Part shown: piece after piece, positions 27,035 to 37,228 of the stretch
Layout of the letters: each line of letters opens with the position of its first letter
Numbering within the stretch: position 1 is the first letter of the stretch
Program-made: the position numbers and the translations under genes
Assembly: GCA_050331735.1 (NCBI GenBank)
Contig: JBHJGN010000056.1
Span: 1-60,782, forward strand
Length of the DNA stretch: 60,782 nucleotides
Direction: 5' to 3'
Source of the DNA: Cyanophyceae cyanobacterium
Lineage (GTDB): Bacteria > Cyanobacteriota > Cyanobacteriia > Cyanobacteriales > JBHJGN01
The notes under the pieces: model-generated
Seen by the model: only the letters and a program-made list of their open reading frames with translations
The model's database searches: none
Told to the model about the DNA's origin: nothing

Positions 27035-28168
27035 TTAATTCCTCAGCGGTTTTCGAGAAGATGAGCGATAAAACGGCTTTTTAACTACTATTGCCGGGTG
27101 AGCTTTGCCGCGAATTTCTACCGCTAACTCTTGTCCCACTTTTCCTAAAGAGGTTGGGACATAGGCTAGAGCGATCGCTTTACCAAGAGTAGGTGATAAC
27201 GTCCCGCTCGTGACTTCCCCAACGGTTTCCCCTTCAAACACCACCGGATAGCCATGACGAGCAATATAGCGTCCCTGCATTTGTAAGCCTACTAGCCGTC
27301 GCTCCACACCTGTCTCTTTTTGTTTTTCTAATCCCGAGCGCCCAATAAAGTCTCCTTTACTCTCTAGGTGAACGAGCCATTTCAATCCCGCCTCTAGTGG
27401 GGTGGTTGTTTCATCAATATCCTGACCGTACAGCGCCATCGCTGCTTCTAGCCGCAGCGTATCCCTAGCTCCCAGTCCGCAGGGAACGACTCCTGCTGAG
27501 AGCAGCGCTTTCCACAGCTTTACTCCCACTTCTGGCGTGACCATGACTTCAAATCCATCTTCTCCGGTATATCCAGTTCTGGCGATGAAGGCGGGTTTTC
27601 CGAGGAGCGTTCCTTGAAGGTGGTCAAAGGCGTTGAGCGCCGTGATGTCTTCTGTCACAAATGGACTCAAAACGGTAACGGCTTGGGGCCCCTGCACCGC
27701 CAACAGCACGAACTGACGAGAAAGATCTTGCAATTCTACGGCCTTGGCATCTAAATTTGCCAACAGCCATGCTTGATCTTTGTTGCTGGTTGCCGCATTG
27801 ACGATGATTGTCGCTTGGTCTATTCCAGCGCGATCGCCTTGGTAGTAGATAATAATATCGTCAACAATGCCGCCATCGGGAGTCAGTAACACCGTATATT
27901 GTGCCTGCCCCGGCTGCAATCTGGCTAAATCTGAGGGGACGAGAAACTGAAGCTGGTGAAGCACCTCTTTTCCTGTCAACACAAATTTTCCCATATGAGA
28001 AATATCAAACATCCCGGCCTTTGTTCGTACTGCCTGGTGTTCCTGCTTGAGACCGACGTACTGCACCGGCATTTCCCACCCAGAAAAGGCGGTCAGACGC
28101 GCCTTCTGCTCTACTGCTAGCTCGAATAGGGGAGTACGCTCCAAAGCTATGTTTTTTAATTCAGCCAC
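27035..28168 (-). CDS. gcvT: Glycine cleavage system aminomethyltransferase T
   Basis: FSGWEMPVQY, FDISHMG, ARTGYTGEDGFE, GLGARDTLRLEA. Confidence 0.97.
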   Translation of the reverse strand: MAELKNIALERTPLFELAVEQKARLTAFSGWEMPVQYVGLKQEHQAVRTKAGMFDISHMGKFVLTGKEVLHQLQFLVPSDLARLQPGQAQYTVLLTPDGGIVDDIIIYYQGDRAGIDQATIIVNAATSNKDQAWLLANLDAKAVELQDLSRQFVLLAVQGPQAVTVLSPFVTEDITALNAFDHLQGTLLGKPAFIARTGYTGEDGFEVMVTPEVGVKLWKALLSAGVVPCGLGARDTLRLEAAMALYGQDIDETTTPLEAGLKWLVHLESKGDFIGRSGLEKQKETGVERRLVGLQMQGRYIARHGYPVVFEGETVGEVTSGTLSPTLGKAIALAYVPTSLGKVGQELAVEIRGKAHPAIVVKKPFYRSSSRKPLRN

Positions 28169-28319
28169 AGTATTAATATTCGGTTAACAGCTCCATGTCA
28201 CAAAGAATTTAGCGATTGATTTGCTCTTAGCTCCATTGAGCTAATCGCTAACAGCTTTCTTCTGCACTAGCAAAAGGTTAAGATTTTTTTAGATATTTTT
28301 CAAGAACTGTTAACGCTTC

Positions 28320-29075
28320 ATGGTTGAAGATGAGATTTTAAGAATCTGTTGGCTGTCGTTAGCAAGTGCTGCTGGATGGTTCCTTAGTACACTAGCCGGG
28401 GGAGGCAGTCCTCTCGTTTTAATTCCGGCCCTGAGCGTTTTCTTGTCACCAGCAGCCGTACCGCCAGTGTTGACGGTCGGAATGCTGTTTGGAAATGCTC
28501 AGCGAGTCTTCATTTACTGGCGAGCGATTGACTGGCAGGTGACGGGGTGGTATCTACCAGGAGCCACTATCGGAGCGGTTGTTGGCGCTTTTACTCTGAC
28601 TCAGATTCAGCTCAACTGGTTGCCGCTACTGCTCGGGTTCTTTCTAATTTTGTCTTCGGCTAGCTTTTCCAAAGAATCTCCTGCTTGGCTGAAGGTGCGG
28701 GTTTGGTACTTTCTCCCGGCGGGTCTAGTTTATGCTTTTTTATCAGGGCTGATCGGCAGCACTGGTCCGCTCTTGAATCCATTTTACCTCAACTATGGTT
28801 TGCTCAAAGAACGCATGATTGCGACAAAATCTGTCAACGTTCTCGTGGTTCACATCATTAAAATTGCTGCCTATGGGGTATTTGGAGCCTTTACAGGGTC
28901 ACACCTTGGCTACGGGCTGATTATTGGCATGGCTGCTTTTCCGGGAAATTGGCTCGGTCAAATGCTTCTCAACAAAATGAGCGAACAGCAGTTTCGTCAA
29001 GCGGTCGCTGTTTTTGTCGCTCTTAGCGGTATGCTCATTTTGTGGAATCAACGTCAGCTTCTGGCTTTTTGGTAA
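28320..29075 (+). CDS. Sulfite exporter TauE/SafE family membrane protein
   Basis: STLAGGG, LSGLIGSTGP, multiple TM helices. Confidence 0.85.
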   Translation: MVEDEILRICWLSLASAAGWFLSTLAGGGSPLVLIPALSVFLSPAAVPPVLTVGMLFGNAQRVFIYWRAIDWQVTGWYLPGATIGAVVGAFTLTQIQLNWLPLLLGFFLILSSASFSKESPAWLKVRVWYFLPAGLVYAFLSGLIGSTGPLLNPFYLNYGLLKERMIATKSVNVLVVHIIKIAAYGVFGAFTGSHLGYGLIIGMAAFPGNWLGQMLLNKMSEQQFRQAVAVFVALSGMLILWNQRQLLAFW

Positions 29076-29318
29076 CTAATCGGGACTTGATATTGATGGC
29101 AAGTTAGGTCAAAGGGGTCGGAAGTTAACTATCACATCTAGAGTTTGTCAGATTAGCTCTGCTTCAGAAGCGCTCGCACTCTAGAAAAAAACATCAAAGG
29201 CTAACTAAATCCTCAGCTTGACTCGATCTCTCCCTCAAGGCTTAAAATTAAAGCAGTTCAAGAAAACACAAGCTCGCCTAAAGGCGATCGCGCGATTCAG
29301 TTACCGGAGATCTATCGT

Positions 29319-29435
29319 ATGCTGACCCTTAAAATTGCCGTTTACATTGTTGTTGGTTTTTTCATTGCTCTGTTCGTGTTCGGGTTCCTCTCTAGCGATC
29401 CGTCTCGGAACCCGGGACGCAAAGACCTAGAATAG
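29319..29435 (+). CDS. psbI: Photosystem II reaction centre protein I
   Basis: Hand-translated: [44 protein letters not shown] upstream. Confidence 0.97.
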   Translation: MLTLKIAVYIVVGFFIALFVFGFLSSDPSRNPGRKDLE

Positions 29436-29473
29436 AATCCACCCTGTCACAAGCTGTCAGATTAGGTTGGATT

Positions 29474-29498
29474 AAGGGCGAGCTGAGTCTCGCCCTTT
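29474..29498 (+). terminator. Hairpin downstream of psbI
   Basis: aagggcgag-ctgagt-ctcgccctt-t. Confidence 0.65.
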
Positions 29499-29563
29499 GC
29501 TGTACTGGTTCTGCTAAACTAAGGTTCGATTGACCGAGCGGCAATCTCTTGCGCCAGTAACCA

Positions 29564-31906
29564 ATGTCCCAATATATTCCGCCACCCGAACTGCCGAATT
29601 TTACTCACGTTCAGCGCGAGCAGACTGTAACTGGACCGCTACTTCCCCCTCAAGAGGATTGGGCGGTGATCGCTCCCTCGGCATCAACAAAACCTGTGGA
29701 GGAGCCGCCTCGGGCCCATTCTCTGTCCTCTGATGCCGCGACCGTTTCCCCAGACGAGTCTCCATCAAGTACCACCGCTCAAAAAACTGCCGGAGGAGGC
29801 TCCGGTAGCCGCTTTGAGCAAGCTCAAAGAACGGCTCGCAGCCTGGACTCTCTGTTTGTGGGTCTGACTCCTCCCTTTTCAGCCCCGATCAAAGTGCTGC
29901 GCCTGGTGGCTCAAGAGCGCAACGGCAATCAGAACTTTGAATTTTCCATCCCCGATGCCGATGCTACGCCTGCTCCTACAGAAGAGTCTCCGGCCAATGT
30001 ACCAACGGTTGAACCCCTCAGCGTTGTGGAAGTGATGGCAGACCAACAGGAGTACGACGAGCAGCAGGAAGTCATTACTGCCCAGGGAAATGTCGAAATT
30101 CGCTTTGCTAGAGCCGTACTGACGGCAGACCGACTTCAGGTTAACATCCCCAATCGCGTGGCCGTTGCTCAGGGGAACGTCACGCTGCGACGCGGAGAGC
30201 AGGTGCTGCGCGGAGAAAGATTCGAGTATTTGTTTTTTCAAAATACTGGCAGCATTACCAATGCTGGCGGCGAGGTCTATCTGCCCGTTCTCGGACGGGA
30301 TACAGCTCCGATTACCACCAATGCCGGCAATATTATTCCCGAACAGCCCTTGAGCGATCGCCTCTCGGCTGAGCAGCCGCTTCAGCGCATCACCACCGAG
30401 GAGGGCTATAAGTTCGTGCTCGGCAGTATTCGAGACTTAACCATTATCGAGCGCGAAGGACTTGGATTACCGACGGTAGAAGCGGGAGGACAGGTGAATC
30501 GGCTGCGCTTTCAGGCCGAAAAAATTGAGTTTGACGACGAGACCTGGCAGGCGACGAACCTGAGTATTACCAACGATCCCTTCTCCCCGCCAGAGCTAGA
30601 GGTACGAGCAGATACGGCCACCTTTAGAAGCGTAGAGCCTCAAGTTGATGAGCTGGTGACTACTAACTCCCGCGTTGTCTTTGACGGGGGCTTGACCTTA
30701 CCCCTATTTCAAGAGCGACTCGTTTTCGACCGCCGCCCTCGCCAGCCCGGAATTGTCTCCTTTAAGTTCGATGGCGAGGAACGGGGCGGTCTGTTTGTAG
30801 AGCGGACGTTTAACTTAATCAACACCGAGCAAGTCAACTGGACCGTCAGTCCGCAGTATTTAGCGCAAAGAGCGCTGTTTCCCGACATTCTCAATGAGGA
30901 GGGTGGCGATGTCATCGGTCCCTCGGCTTTTGGATTAGAAACCATTCTCGACGTTGGTATTTCCCCTAGAACAACGTTTAGGGGCCTTGGCTCCTTGACC
31001 AGTTTGGAGCTAGATGAACTAGACGACGAGCTGCGAGCAAACCTCCGGCTTCAGCATCGACTAGGCGAGCTGGAAAATCCCTACATTGCCAGTTTGGAAT
31101 ACAACTACCGCGAACGGCTGTTTAATGGCTCATTAGGATTTCAGCGGGTGCAAAGCAGCGTTGGAGCCGTGATTGCCTCGCCAGAAATTTCTCTCGGAGA
31201 CACTGGCGTGACCCTAGCCTACCAAGCCAGCATCCAAAACATCAACGCTCGCTCAGACCGCGCCAGCTTGCTCGGAGAAGGCGACGACGAAGGCATTGTC
31301 AATCTCACCCGCTATCAAGGAGCCGCTTCGGTGGAAAAAGATTTTTTACTGTGGGAAGGAGAAGCACTGCCCCCGACCGCTGAAGCCGGACTCCGCTACA
31401 CTCCTGCGCCCGTTCTGCCGTTTATTGAGCTGAAAACGGGCCTGACTGGCGTTGCTAGCTTCTACAGCAATGGCGATACGCAGCCATCGCTGCGGGGAAG
31501 CATTGGTCTGGAGGGGCAATTTGGTCATTTTTCGCGTTCGTTCCTCGACTACACCGGATTCAATATCACCTATACCCAAGGCATTCGCGGCGATGAATCT
31601 CCGTTTCGATTCGACCGCTTTGTTGATCAAAGTACCGTTTCCCTGGGCATCACGCAGCAGGTTTACGGGCCTTTTCGCGCTGGATTCCAGACTTCCTTCA
31701 GCCTCGATGAAGGGGATGATATTAGCACCGACTACTTTTTGGAGTACAGTCGCCGGACTTATAACGTCCTGCTGCGCTACAACCCTGTTTTGGAAATCGG
31801 TTCAATTAACTTTAGAGTGAACGACTTCAACTGGGTAGGCGACCCAGAACCCTATTCCGGCAGCGGCATTCGCCCGGTTATTCAAGGGGTTGAACGGGAT
31901 GAATAG
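29564..31906 (+). CDS. DUF3769 / LptD(OstA)-like outer-membrane assembly protein
   Basis: ADQQEYD, AQGNV repeats (OstA-like), TNDPFSPPEL, QQVYGPFR, YSRRTY, LRYNP, NDFNW. Confidence 0.85.
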   Translation: MSQYIPPPELPNFTHVQREQTVTGPLLPPQEDWAVIAPSASTKPVEEPPRAHSLSSDAATVSPDESPSSTTAQKTAGGGSGSRFEQAQRTARSLDSLFVGLTPPFSAPIKVLRLVAQERNGNQNFEFSIPDADATPAPTEESPANVPTVEPLSVVEVMADQQEYDEQQEVITAQGNVEIRFARAVLTADRLQVNIPNRVAVAQGNVTLRRGEQVLRGERFEYLFFQNTGSITNAGGEVYLPVLGRDTAPITTNAGNIIPEQPLSDRLSAEQPLQRITTEEGYKFVLGSIRDLTIIEREGLGLPTVEAGGQVNRLRFQAEKIEFDDETWQATNLSITNDPFSPPELEVRADTATFRSVEPQVDELVTTNSRVVFDGGLTLPLFQERLVFDRRPRQPGIVSFKFDGEERGGLFVERTFNLINTEQVNWTVSPQYLAQRALFPDILNEEGGDVIGPSAFGLETILDVGISPRTTFRGLGSLTSLELDELDDELRANLRLQHRLGELENPYIASLEYNYRERLFNGSLGFQRVQSSVGAVIASPEISLGDTGVTLAYQASIQNINARSDRASLLGEGDDEGIVNLTRYQGAASVEKDFLLWEGEALPPTAEAGLRYTPAPVLPFIELKTGLTGVASFYSNGDTQPSLRGSIGLEGQFGHFSRSFLDYTGFNITYTQGIRGDESPFRFDRFVDQSTVSLGITQQVYGPFRAGFQTSFSLDEGDDISTDYFLEYSRRTYNVLLRYNPVLEIGSINFRVNDFNWVGDPEPYSGSGIRPVIQGVERDE

Positions 31907-32013
31907 GATTAAGGATGAAGAGGGTTAAGATAGCAAGTTAATCAACTCTAAACTTGTATTCTCTTGTTCTTCACGTTTATCAAGTACATTAAATAATTGA
32001 TTGAGCCTCGCTC

Positions 32014-32045
32014 CTCCCAGGTTTGTGCTGCCTGGGAGCTTTTTT
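32014..32045 (+). terminator. Rho-independent terminator
   Basis: ctcccagg-N9-cctgggag followed by cttttttg. Confidence 0.7.
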
Positions 32046-32183
32046 GTTGAACTCCACTGAGCTAGAGGACAACGAACCTCAATCAGTCCCGGTATCCGCA
32101 CTGCCCCAAATAATTGTATCGAGACCCAGTAAGCTTGATAGCACTAAGTTGGCAACAGTGACCAATTGATGTATCAATCATCA

Positions 32184-32256
32184 CGAGCACGGAGGGATTT
32201 GAACCCCCGACACCTAGAACCGGAATCTAGTGCTCTATCCACTGAGCTACGCGCCC
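32184..32256 (-). tRNA. trnR: tRNA-Arg(CCG)
   Basis: Reverse complement GGGCGCGTAGCTCAGTGGATAGAGCACTAGATTCCGGTTCTAGGTGTCGGGGGTTCAAATCCCTCCGTGCTCG; anticodon arm CTAGA-TT CCG GT-TCTAG; no encoded CCA. Confidence 0.97.
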
Positions 32257-32340
32257 TCACGTTTATTCAGAATAGCATTTCTGCTTTCAATTTGCGGTGA
32301 AAATCATCTCGGTTGCCCCTCTTCTGTCGGGGGCTGCCGT

Positions 32341-33069
32341 TCATCTCACAGACCCGCGATAAATGCGCTCTTCCTGTTCAGGGGGAAGCCAGCCAATGGG
32401 CCGACGATGATAGGTCGTTAACAATTCTTCAGGATCGACGGCATGCAGAGGACTCGCGGGAGAGACGTATTCTTGAGTAATGGCATCGTAGGCAAAGACG
32501 GCTCCCGTTTCAATTTGATAGACCCAGGCATTCAGAAACAGTCTACCCTGGCGGATCTTAGAGTGAATGATTGGATAGGTGCGCAGGTTCTCAATTTGAG
32601 TCAGCACGTTTTCGGCGATCGCAATTTCTAGCAGGGACTCTCCTGACAGATGAGCATAGTTCTCTTTCAATAGCCTCCGAGTGGCTTCAGCCTGCTTGAG
32701 CCAGTCGTAAACCAACGGCATTTCTTCTTCTAGCTGTTCGAGCTTGAGCATGCCTTTCATGGCCCCGCAGTGGGAATGTCCGCAAACGATAATTTGCTCA
32801 ATCCCTAAAGCCTGGACCGCATACTCAACGGCTGCGCCTTCCCCGCCGTTAGCGGCTCCAAACGGAGGAATAATATTGCCAGCATTGCGAATCACAAACA
32901 GTTCGCCAACTTGAGCATTCGTAATCAAGTTGGGATCGACGCGCGAATCGGAACAGGTAATAAACAGCACTCTAGGCTTTTGACCGTGAGCAAGCTGCTC
33001 AAATAGCTCCTGATGCTGACTAAAATAAGTAGATTGAAATTTTCTTAACCCTTTAACGATTTTTTCCAT
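32341..33069 (-). CDS. ccaA: Carboxysomal beta-carbonic anhydrase
   Basis: Start at MEKIVKGL (33069). CSDSR, RNAGN, HSHCG, C-terminal GWLPPEQEERIYRG tail typical of CcaA/IcfA. Confidence 0.92.
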   Translation of the reverse strand: MEKIVKGLRKFQSTYFSQHQELFEQLAHGQKPRVLFITCSDSRVDPNLITNAQVGELFVIRNAGNIIPPFGAANGGEGAAVEYAVQALGIEQIIVCGHSHCGAMKGMLKLEQLEEEMPLVYDWLKQAEATRRLLKENYAHLSGESLLEIAIAENVLTQIENLRTYPIIHSKIRQGRLFLNAWVYQIETGAVFAYDAITQEYVSPASPLHAVDPEELLTTYHRRPIGWLPPEQEERIYRGSVR

Positions 33070-33428
33070 AAAGCCACAAGAATATGAGCACTTCGATCTT
33101 AAAGTTTGATCTTTAAAATCTACTGTAGCAGGATTTGGGGGCAAGCTAGTTCTCTTTGGCTCAGTACCCAAATGAAGCTTGCTTGCAGTCCCTAAACCTC
33201 AAGTGCTGATTACCTATTTTTATTTAGCTTATCTGTTCATAAAAACCGTTTCTTAGCCATTAGCTTAAATTTGCTTCTTCTTGGTCAAGATTAAGGTTTG
33301 TCAATTTATTTTGATTTTCACAACTTTTTCACAGTAAAAACATAGGCTTTACTTAAGCTTTAGAAAAAGCTGCTTAATTCTAACAACTCTTTTTCTGAAG
33401 CTTAAATATTTTGTTCAGACTAGTAAAC

Positions 33429-33779
33429 ATGAGTAGCAGAAGCCAAAATTTTAAAGTTGCTAATGCGATCCTTCCGCTTGTTAAGGAAGAAATTGCCACG
33501 ATTTTAGCAGCTTATCCACGATACCCTTATCAGCAGGCTTTTGAGGAGGAAAACCGACAGCTTAAGCTACTCGCTTACGTTCTAAATAGAGTGCCGGGTC
33601 TTTATGTTGTTGTTGAGACTGAGGAAGAGCTTAATTGCTATCCCGTCGCATCGCAGCGAGTACTCGATATCGAAATCGCGATTCATCAGGGCATTCAGAA
33701 CTTAGTGCCGGCAGTAGAAATTAAACAGTCTAGTTTACGTGAACGCTACGAGCGTCAGCAATTTATTAAAGTCATTTAG
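33429..33779 (+). CDS. ComFB-like (late competence development family) small protein
   Basis: YPYQQAF...LLAYVLNRVPGLYVV. Confidence 0.6.
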   Translation: MSSRSQNFKVANAILPLVKEEIATILAAYPRYPYQQAFEEENRQLKLLAYVLNRVPGLYVVVETEEELNCYPVASQRVLDIEIAIHQGIQNLVPAVEIKQSSLRERYERQQFIKVI

Positions 33780-33942
33780 TCACTGGTTGGGACTTGACCG
33801 ACCCTCAAACAGCACTTCTCAGATAGAAGCTAAAAGCAAACGATTGCTCTTAAGCAATTACTTGAACTATCAAGATCAGCTCGTTCTCAATAAGGAAGAT
33901 AATTATCCCGCTCTCTTTAGTCATTTAAGTATCATCAGAACT

Positions 33943-34134
33943 ATGTCTAAATGCCCCTGTTGTTCTAGATCTTTACTTCGCTATGTTCGCCGCAACGAAG
34001 TTTATTGGTTTTGCCCCCACTGCTGGCAAGAAATGCCAGATTTGAGCGCAATTGTGTCCGCTCAGGAGCCTTGTCGCCAGCCTTCCACAAGCACGTTAGC
34101 GACACGAGAGACGGCTCGCTCACTGGGTCGCTAG
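33943..34134 (+). CDS. Small cyanobacterial zinc-ribbon protein
   Basis: MSKCPCCSRSLLRYVRRNEVYWFCPHCWQEMP; start re-assigned to ATG 33943. Confidence 0.8.
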   Translation: MSKCPCCSRSLLRYVRRNEVYWFCPHCWQEMPDLSAIVSAQEPCRQPSTSTLATRETARSLGR

Positions 34135-34168
34135 ATAAATTAGAAATGATGGTGAACAAAAACGATAC

Positions 34169-34220
34169 TGCTTGCCAACAAAAAGGTCACGTTGAGACGT
34201 GACCTTTTTGTTGGCAAGCA
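34169..34220. repeat. Perfect 24-bp inverted repeat
   Basis: tgcttgccaacaaaaaggtcacgt-tgag-acgtgacctttttgttggcaagca. Confidence 0.9.
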
Positions 34221-34321
34221 AATTTGACTGAAACCTCTGGGCGTTTTTCTGCGCTGAATTAGCCTACAGCCAAATGGATAGGGATGTAGTAACGTTTGAA
34301 AAGTAAAAAACAAAGACAGCT

Positions 34322-34651
34322 ATGCTCACCCTTCCCGAAAAATCAGTACAGGTTCAACGGTTGTTAGAAGAAAAGCGCCTTGAAGAGGAGCGCATGCACG
34401 ACGTACTCGTTCTGATCCAGAATTTAGTCGAGCGAGAAGAAACGACAGTCAAAATGATTTTAGATTGTCTCTACGATATTGGGTCCGTCAATTTGATTAA
34501 CAACCGCTTTCGCTTTCGACCGCTCAATAAAACGATGAAAACGATTGCTCGTTTCTCGAAGCCAGCTTTTCGGGTTGTGGCACTGCAATGGTTTAAACGA
34601 AACTGTCCCCAGCTCATTGCTAACTGGCTGCGATCGCAAGTCACCTTTTAA
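34322..34651 (+). CDS. Conserved cyanobacterial hypothetical protein
   Basis: REETTVKMILDCLYDIGSVNLIN...SKPAFR...WFKRNCPQLIANWL. Confidence 0.75.
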   Translation: MLTLPEKSVQVQRLLEEKRLEEERMHDVLVLIQNLVEREETTVKMILDCLYDIGSVNLINNRFRFRPLNKTMKTIARFSKPAFRVVALQWFKRNCPQLIANWLRSQVTF

Positions 34652-34958
34652 AGGCGGAGTCCCAATCTACAGGGGCAGCTCAAACAGGCCATCAATGTTC
34701 CTCTGGAGGCGGTTTCGGGACTGCATTCAGCAAGCTACAAGCGTCAGGTCTCAGAGGAGAGGCAATCACCTCTCTGCTGCTTTTTAGCTGCCAATCTGCC
34801 CTCTTTGCCTATATTCAGTGTCGTTGCTGTGTTTGGCCGTTTTTCTAGGGTGGCTCCTCCTGAATGAAAACGGCCAGCCTCAGCGGCAGCAACAAACATT
34901 TAAATATGCTTAATTAGTAGATACCAGAAGATACTGCTCGTAACCAGGACTCGACTCT

Positions 34959-36053
34959 ATGTTTCCCGACTTACCCGAAACGATTAGGATTGACACGCCA
35001 GTACTAGTAGGTCTTGTTGGTTTGTTGTTGGGGACAGTCGGCTTTGGTATTTTAGTCCCTAAGCTCCTTCAGTTGTTATTGGTTCGGCTATCAACTCCTC
35101 AAGTTAAAACAATCTACAAATCTATATTTGCTCCTTTTCAGGGTTGGCTCATTCTCATTTTGAGCATGGTGGTTGCCGATCTCTTGCTGTTACTCGCCCC
35201 TGTAGCAGCTTGGCTCAAATACTTGGAAATTTTCCTCGGCTTATCGGTGGCGATCGCTATTAGCTGGCTCGGCGCTCAACTATTCCGCCAGTTTTTTGAC
35301 ATTTACTTGCTAGATGCCGCGCTACAAAGCCGTCGTAAAATCAATAGCGAATTTTTGATAATTGCTAAATTTTTAGCTAATTCTCTTATTATTTTAATTG
35401 TTGTTTTTGTTTTTGCTCAAGCTCATCAAATCAACGTTTTTGGTTTAATTGCTAGTTTGGGAATTGGCGGTTTAGCGGTTGCTTTTGCGGCTCAGAAAAC
35501 TTTAGAACAGCTTCTCGGGGGAATTGTATTATATATTGACCGTCCCTTTGTTGTGGATGATTATATTGGGCTACCGGATGGCACTTTTGGCAGAGTAGAA
35601 TCGATCGGTTTAAGATCGACCAAAATTAGAACGTCTGGAAAGGGAACTGTAGTCATTGTTCCGAATAGCGCTATTACCCAGGTAAACATCGAGAACTTTA
35701 CTGGAGCTAAAAAGGTTATCTCGATTATCTATCTTACCTTTTATCGAGTCATTCCAGAAGAAGAAAAAGCTTTTATTACTCAAGTTATTTTAGAGAGTAC
35801 TAGCGATATTTTCGGCATCGATTCGCGCAGTACGGAAGTAAGCTTTAACAACGTTAATATTGATAGTAAAACAACTCTGACTAAAGCTCAGATAAACTTC
35901 TTTATTCTAGGATCAGGAGAAGTTTCAATGGATTTGCGCCGCCAGCTACTTGATATTGCCAATCAAAATATCACTAAACAGTTAAAGGAATATGGAATCG
36001 CTTTTGATATTGAAGACAAAATGCTAGATGTCGATTCACCTATTACCGTATAA
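34959..36053 (+). CDS. MscS-family mechanosensitive channel
   Basis: LGIGGLAVAFAAQKTL, DRPF, VESIGLRSTKIRT, VPNS. Confidence 0.92.
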   Translation: MFPDLPETIRIDTPVLVGLVGLLLGTVGFGILVPKLLQLLLVRLSTPQVKTIYKSIFAPFQGWLILILSMVVADLLLLLAPVAAWLKYLEIFLGLSVAIAISWLGAQLFRQFFDIYLLDAALQSRRKINSEFLIIAKFLANSLIILIVVFVFAQAHQINVFGLIASLGIGGLAVAFAAQKTLEQLLGGIVLYIDRPFVVDDYIGLPDGTFGRVESIGLRSTKIRTSGKGTVVIVPNSAITQVNIENFTGAKKVISIIYLTFYRVIPEEEKAFITQVILESTSDIFGIDSRSTEVSFNNVNIDSKTTLTKAQINFFILGSGEVSMDLRRQLLDIANQNITKQLKEYGIAFDIEDKMLDVDSPITV

Positions 36054-36056
36054 GTC

Positions 36057-37205
36057 ATGGAAAATGTTAGTAATGTCGTTCAAATATTAAAAGATTTTAT
36101 CAATTTTAATAAAGAAACCCAGAGATACTTAATTGCTCTGGGTTTACGGTTAGGACTATTTATTTTGTTTATTCTCGTCTCTATTATTGTCGGACGCTAC
36201 ACTCCTTCCCTCGTTACGTTATTTGTACGGCGTTTTTTTCCTCAGCAAGTTTCAGAAATTTATATAAATTTAATCGAACCGATAGAAAAACTGTTTAAAG
36301 TAACAGGAACGCTAATTCTGATTGCGATTACGCTGAACATTATTCGCGAATACGAAGGCTTTTACAATTTTCTCGAGTTCTTTGTCGATCTCGCGGTGAT
36401 TGTCAGCGTTGCCTGGCTAATTTCTCGGCTGCTGCGTCAGGCAGTAAGAGTGTATGGCATCGATCTCTTTCGCCGCCTGGGTAGAGAAGTGGATGAATTA
36501 CTGCTGGTGTTCGAGACAATTGCCAACCTGACCATTGGTTTTATAGCCACCATCGTGTTTGCCCAAAGTCGGGACGTTGATTTGGTGGGGTTGCTGGCGG
36601 GTTTAGGAATTGGTGGTTTAGCCATTGCCTTTGCCGCTCAAAAAACCCTAGAACAGATTATCGGGACTATCGTGCTCTATCTAGATCGTCCCTACATTCC
36701 GGGCGAGTATATTCGCGTGAGTCTTAATCCCCATGCTGAGGATGTTTACGCCAGAGTTGAATCGATTGGCTTGCGCTCAACCAAACTGCGCACTGCGGCC
36801 AAAAGCACTTTAGTCATTGTGCCTAATTCGACGATGGCAAACTTGGATGTTGAGAATATTACCAGAGGCAAAAAGGTCATGGTGCTGCTCTACCTCGACT
36901 TTTTTCAAGATTTAGAAGCTCCAGAACAAGCGCTCATCGAGCAGGTGGTTAAAGAAAGTACCGATTCCCTGTTTGGAATCGATCCGGGCAGTACCAGAAT
37001 CGCCCTTCAGCCCCAAGAAGGCAAGCCAGGAACGCGCGCCCGAGTAACGTTTTTTATCCTTGGCTCTAGCGAGAACTCGATTCAGCTTCGTAAGCGGCTG
37101 CTAGAGCTTGCTAACGAGAAAATTTCCAAAAGGCTCAGCGAACGCGGCATTGAATTTGTTATGCAGGAACCCACAGTCTACGTTGAGTCGCCAATCACGA
37201 TTTAA
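36057..37205 (+). CDS. MscS-family mechanosensitive channel (paralog of the upstream gene)
   Basis: LGIGGLAIAFAAQKTL, VESIGLRSTKLRT, VPNS; same C-terminal SPIT end. Confidence 0.92.
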   Translation: MENVSNVVQILKDFINFNKETQRYLIALGLRLGLFILFILVSIIVGRYTPSLVTLFVRRFFPQQVSEIYINLIEPIEKLFKVTGTLILIAITLNIIREYEGFYNFLEFFVDLAVIVSVAWLISRLLRQAVRVYGIDLFRRLGREVDELLLVFETIANLTIGFIATIVFAQSRDVDLVGLLAGLGIGGLAIAFAAQKTLEQIIGTIVLYLDRPYIPGEYIRVSLNPHAEDVYARVESIGLRSTKLRTAAKSTLVIVPNSTMANLDVENITRGKKVMVLLYLDFFQDLEAPEQALIEQVVKESTDSLFGIDPGSTRIALQPQEGKPGTRARVTFFILGSSENSIQLRKRLLELANEKISKRLSERGIEFVMQEPTVYVESPITI

Positions 37206-37228
37206 TCGAAAGCAGCAGCCACGGCTTA

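Noticed and set aside
32184..32256. tRNA as an integration site for a prophage or island
   Set aside because: Flanked by core genes; no integrase and no 3'-end duplication seen.
32230..32421. 63-aa + strand ORF
   Set aside because: Antisense to tRNA-Arg and the ccaA 3' end.
33739..33942. N-terminal extension of the zinc-ribbon ORF
   Set aside because: The conserved family begins at MSKCPCC (33943).
34652..34900. c-di-AMP (ydaO), glycine or cobalamin riboswitch
   Set aside because: Only fragmentary resemblance; core consensus elements are missing on both strands.
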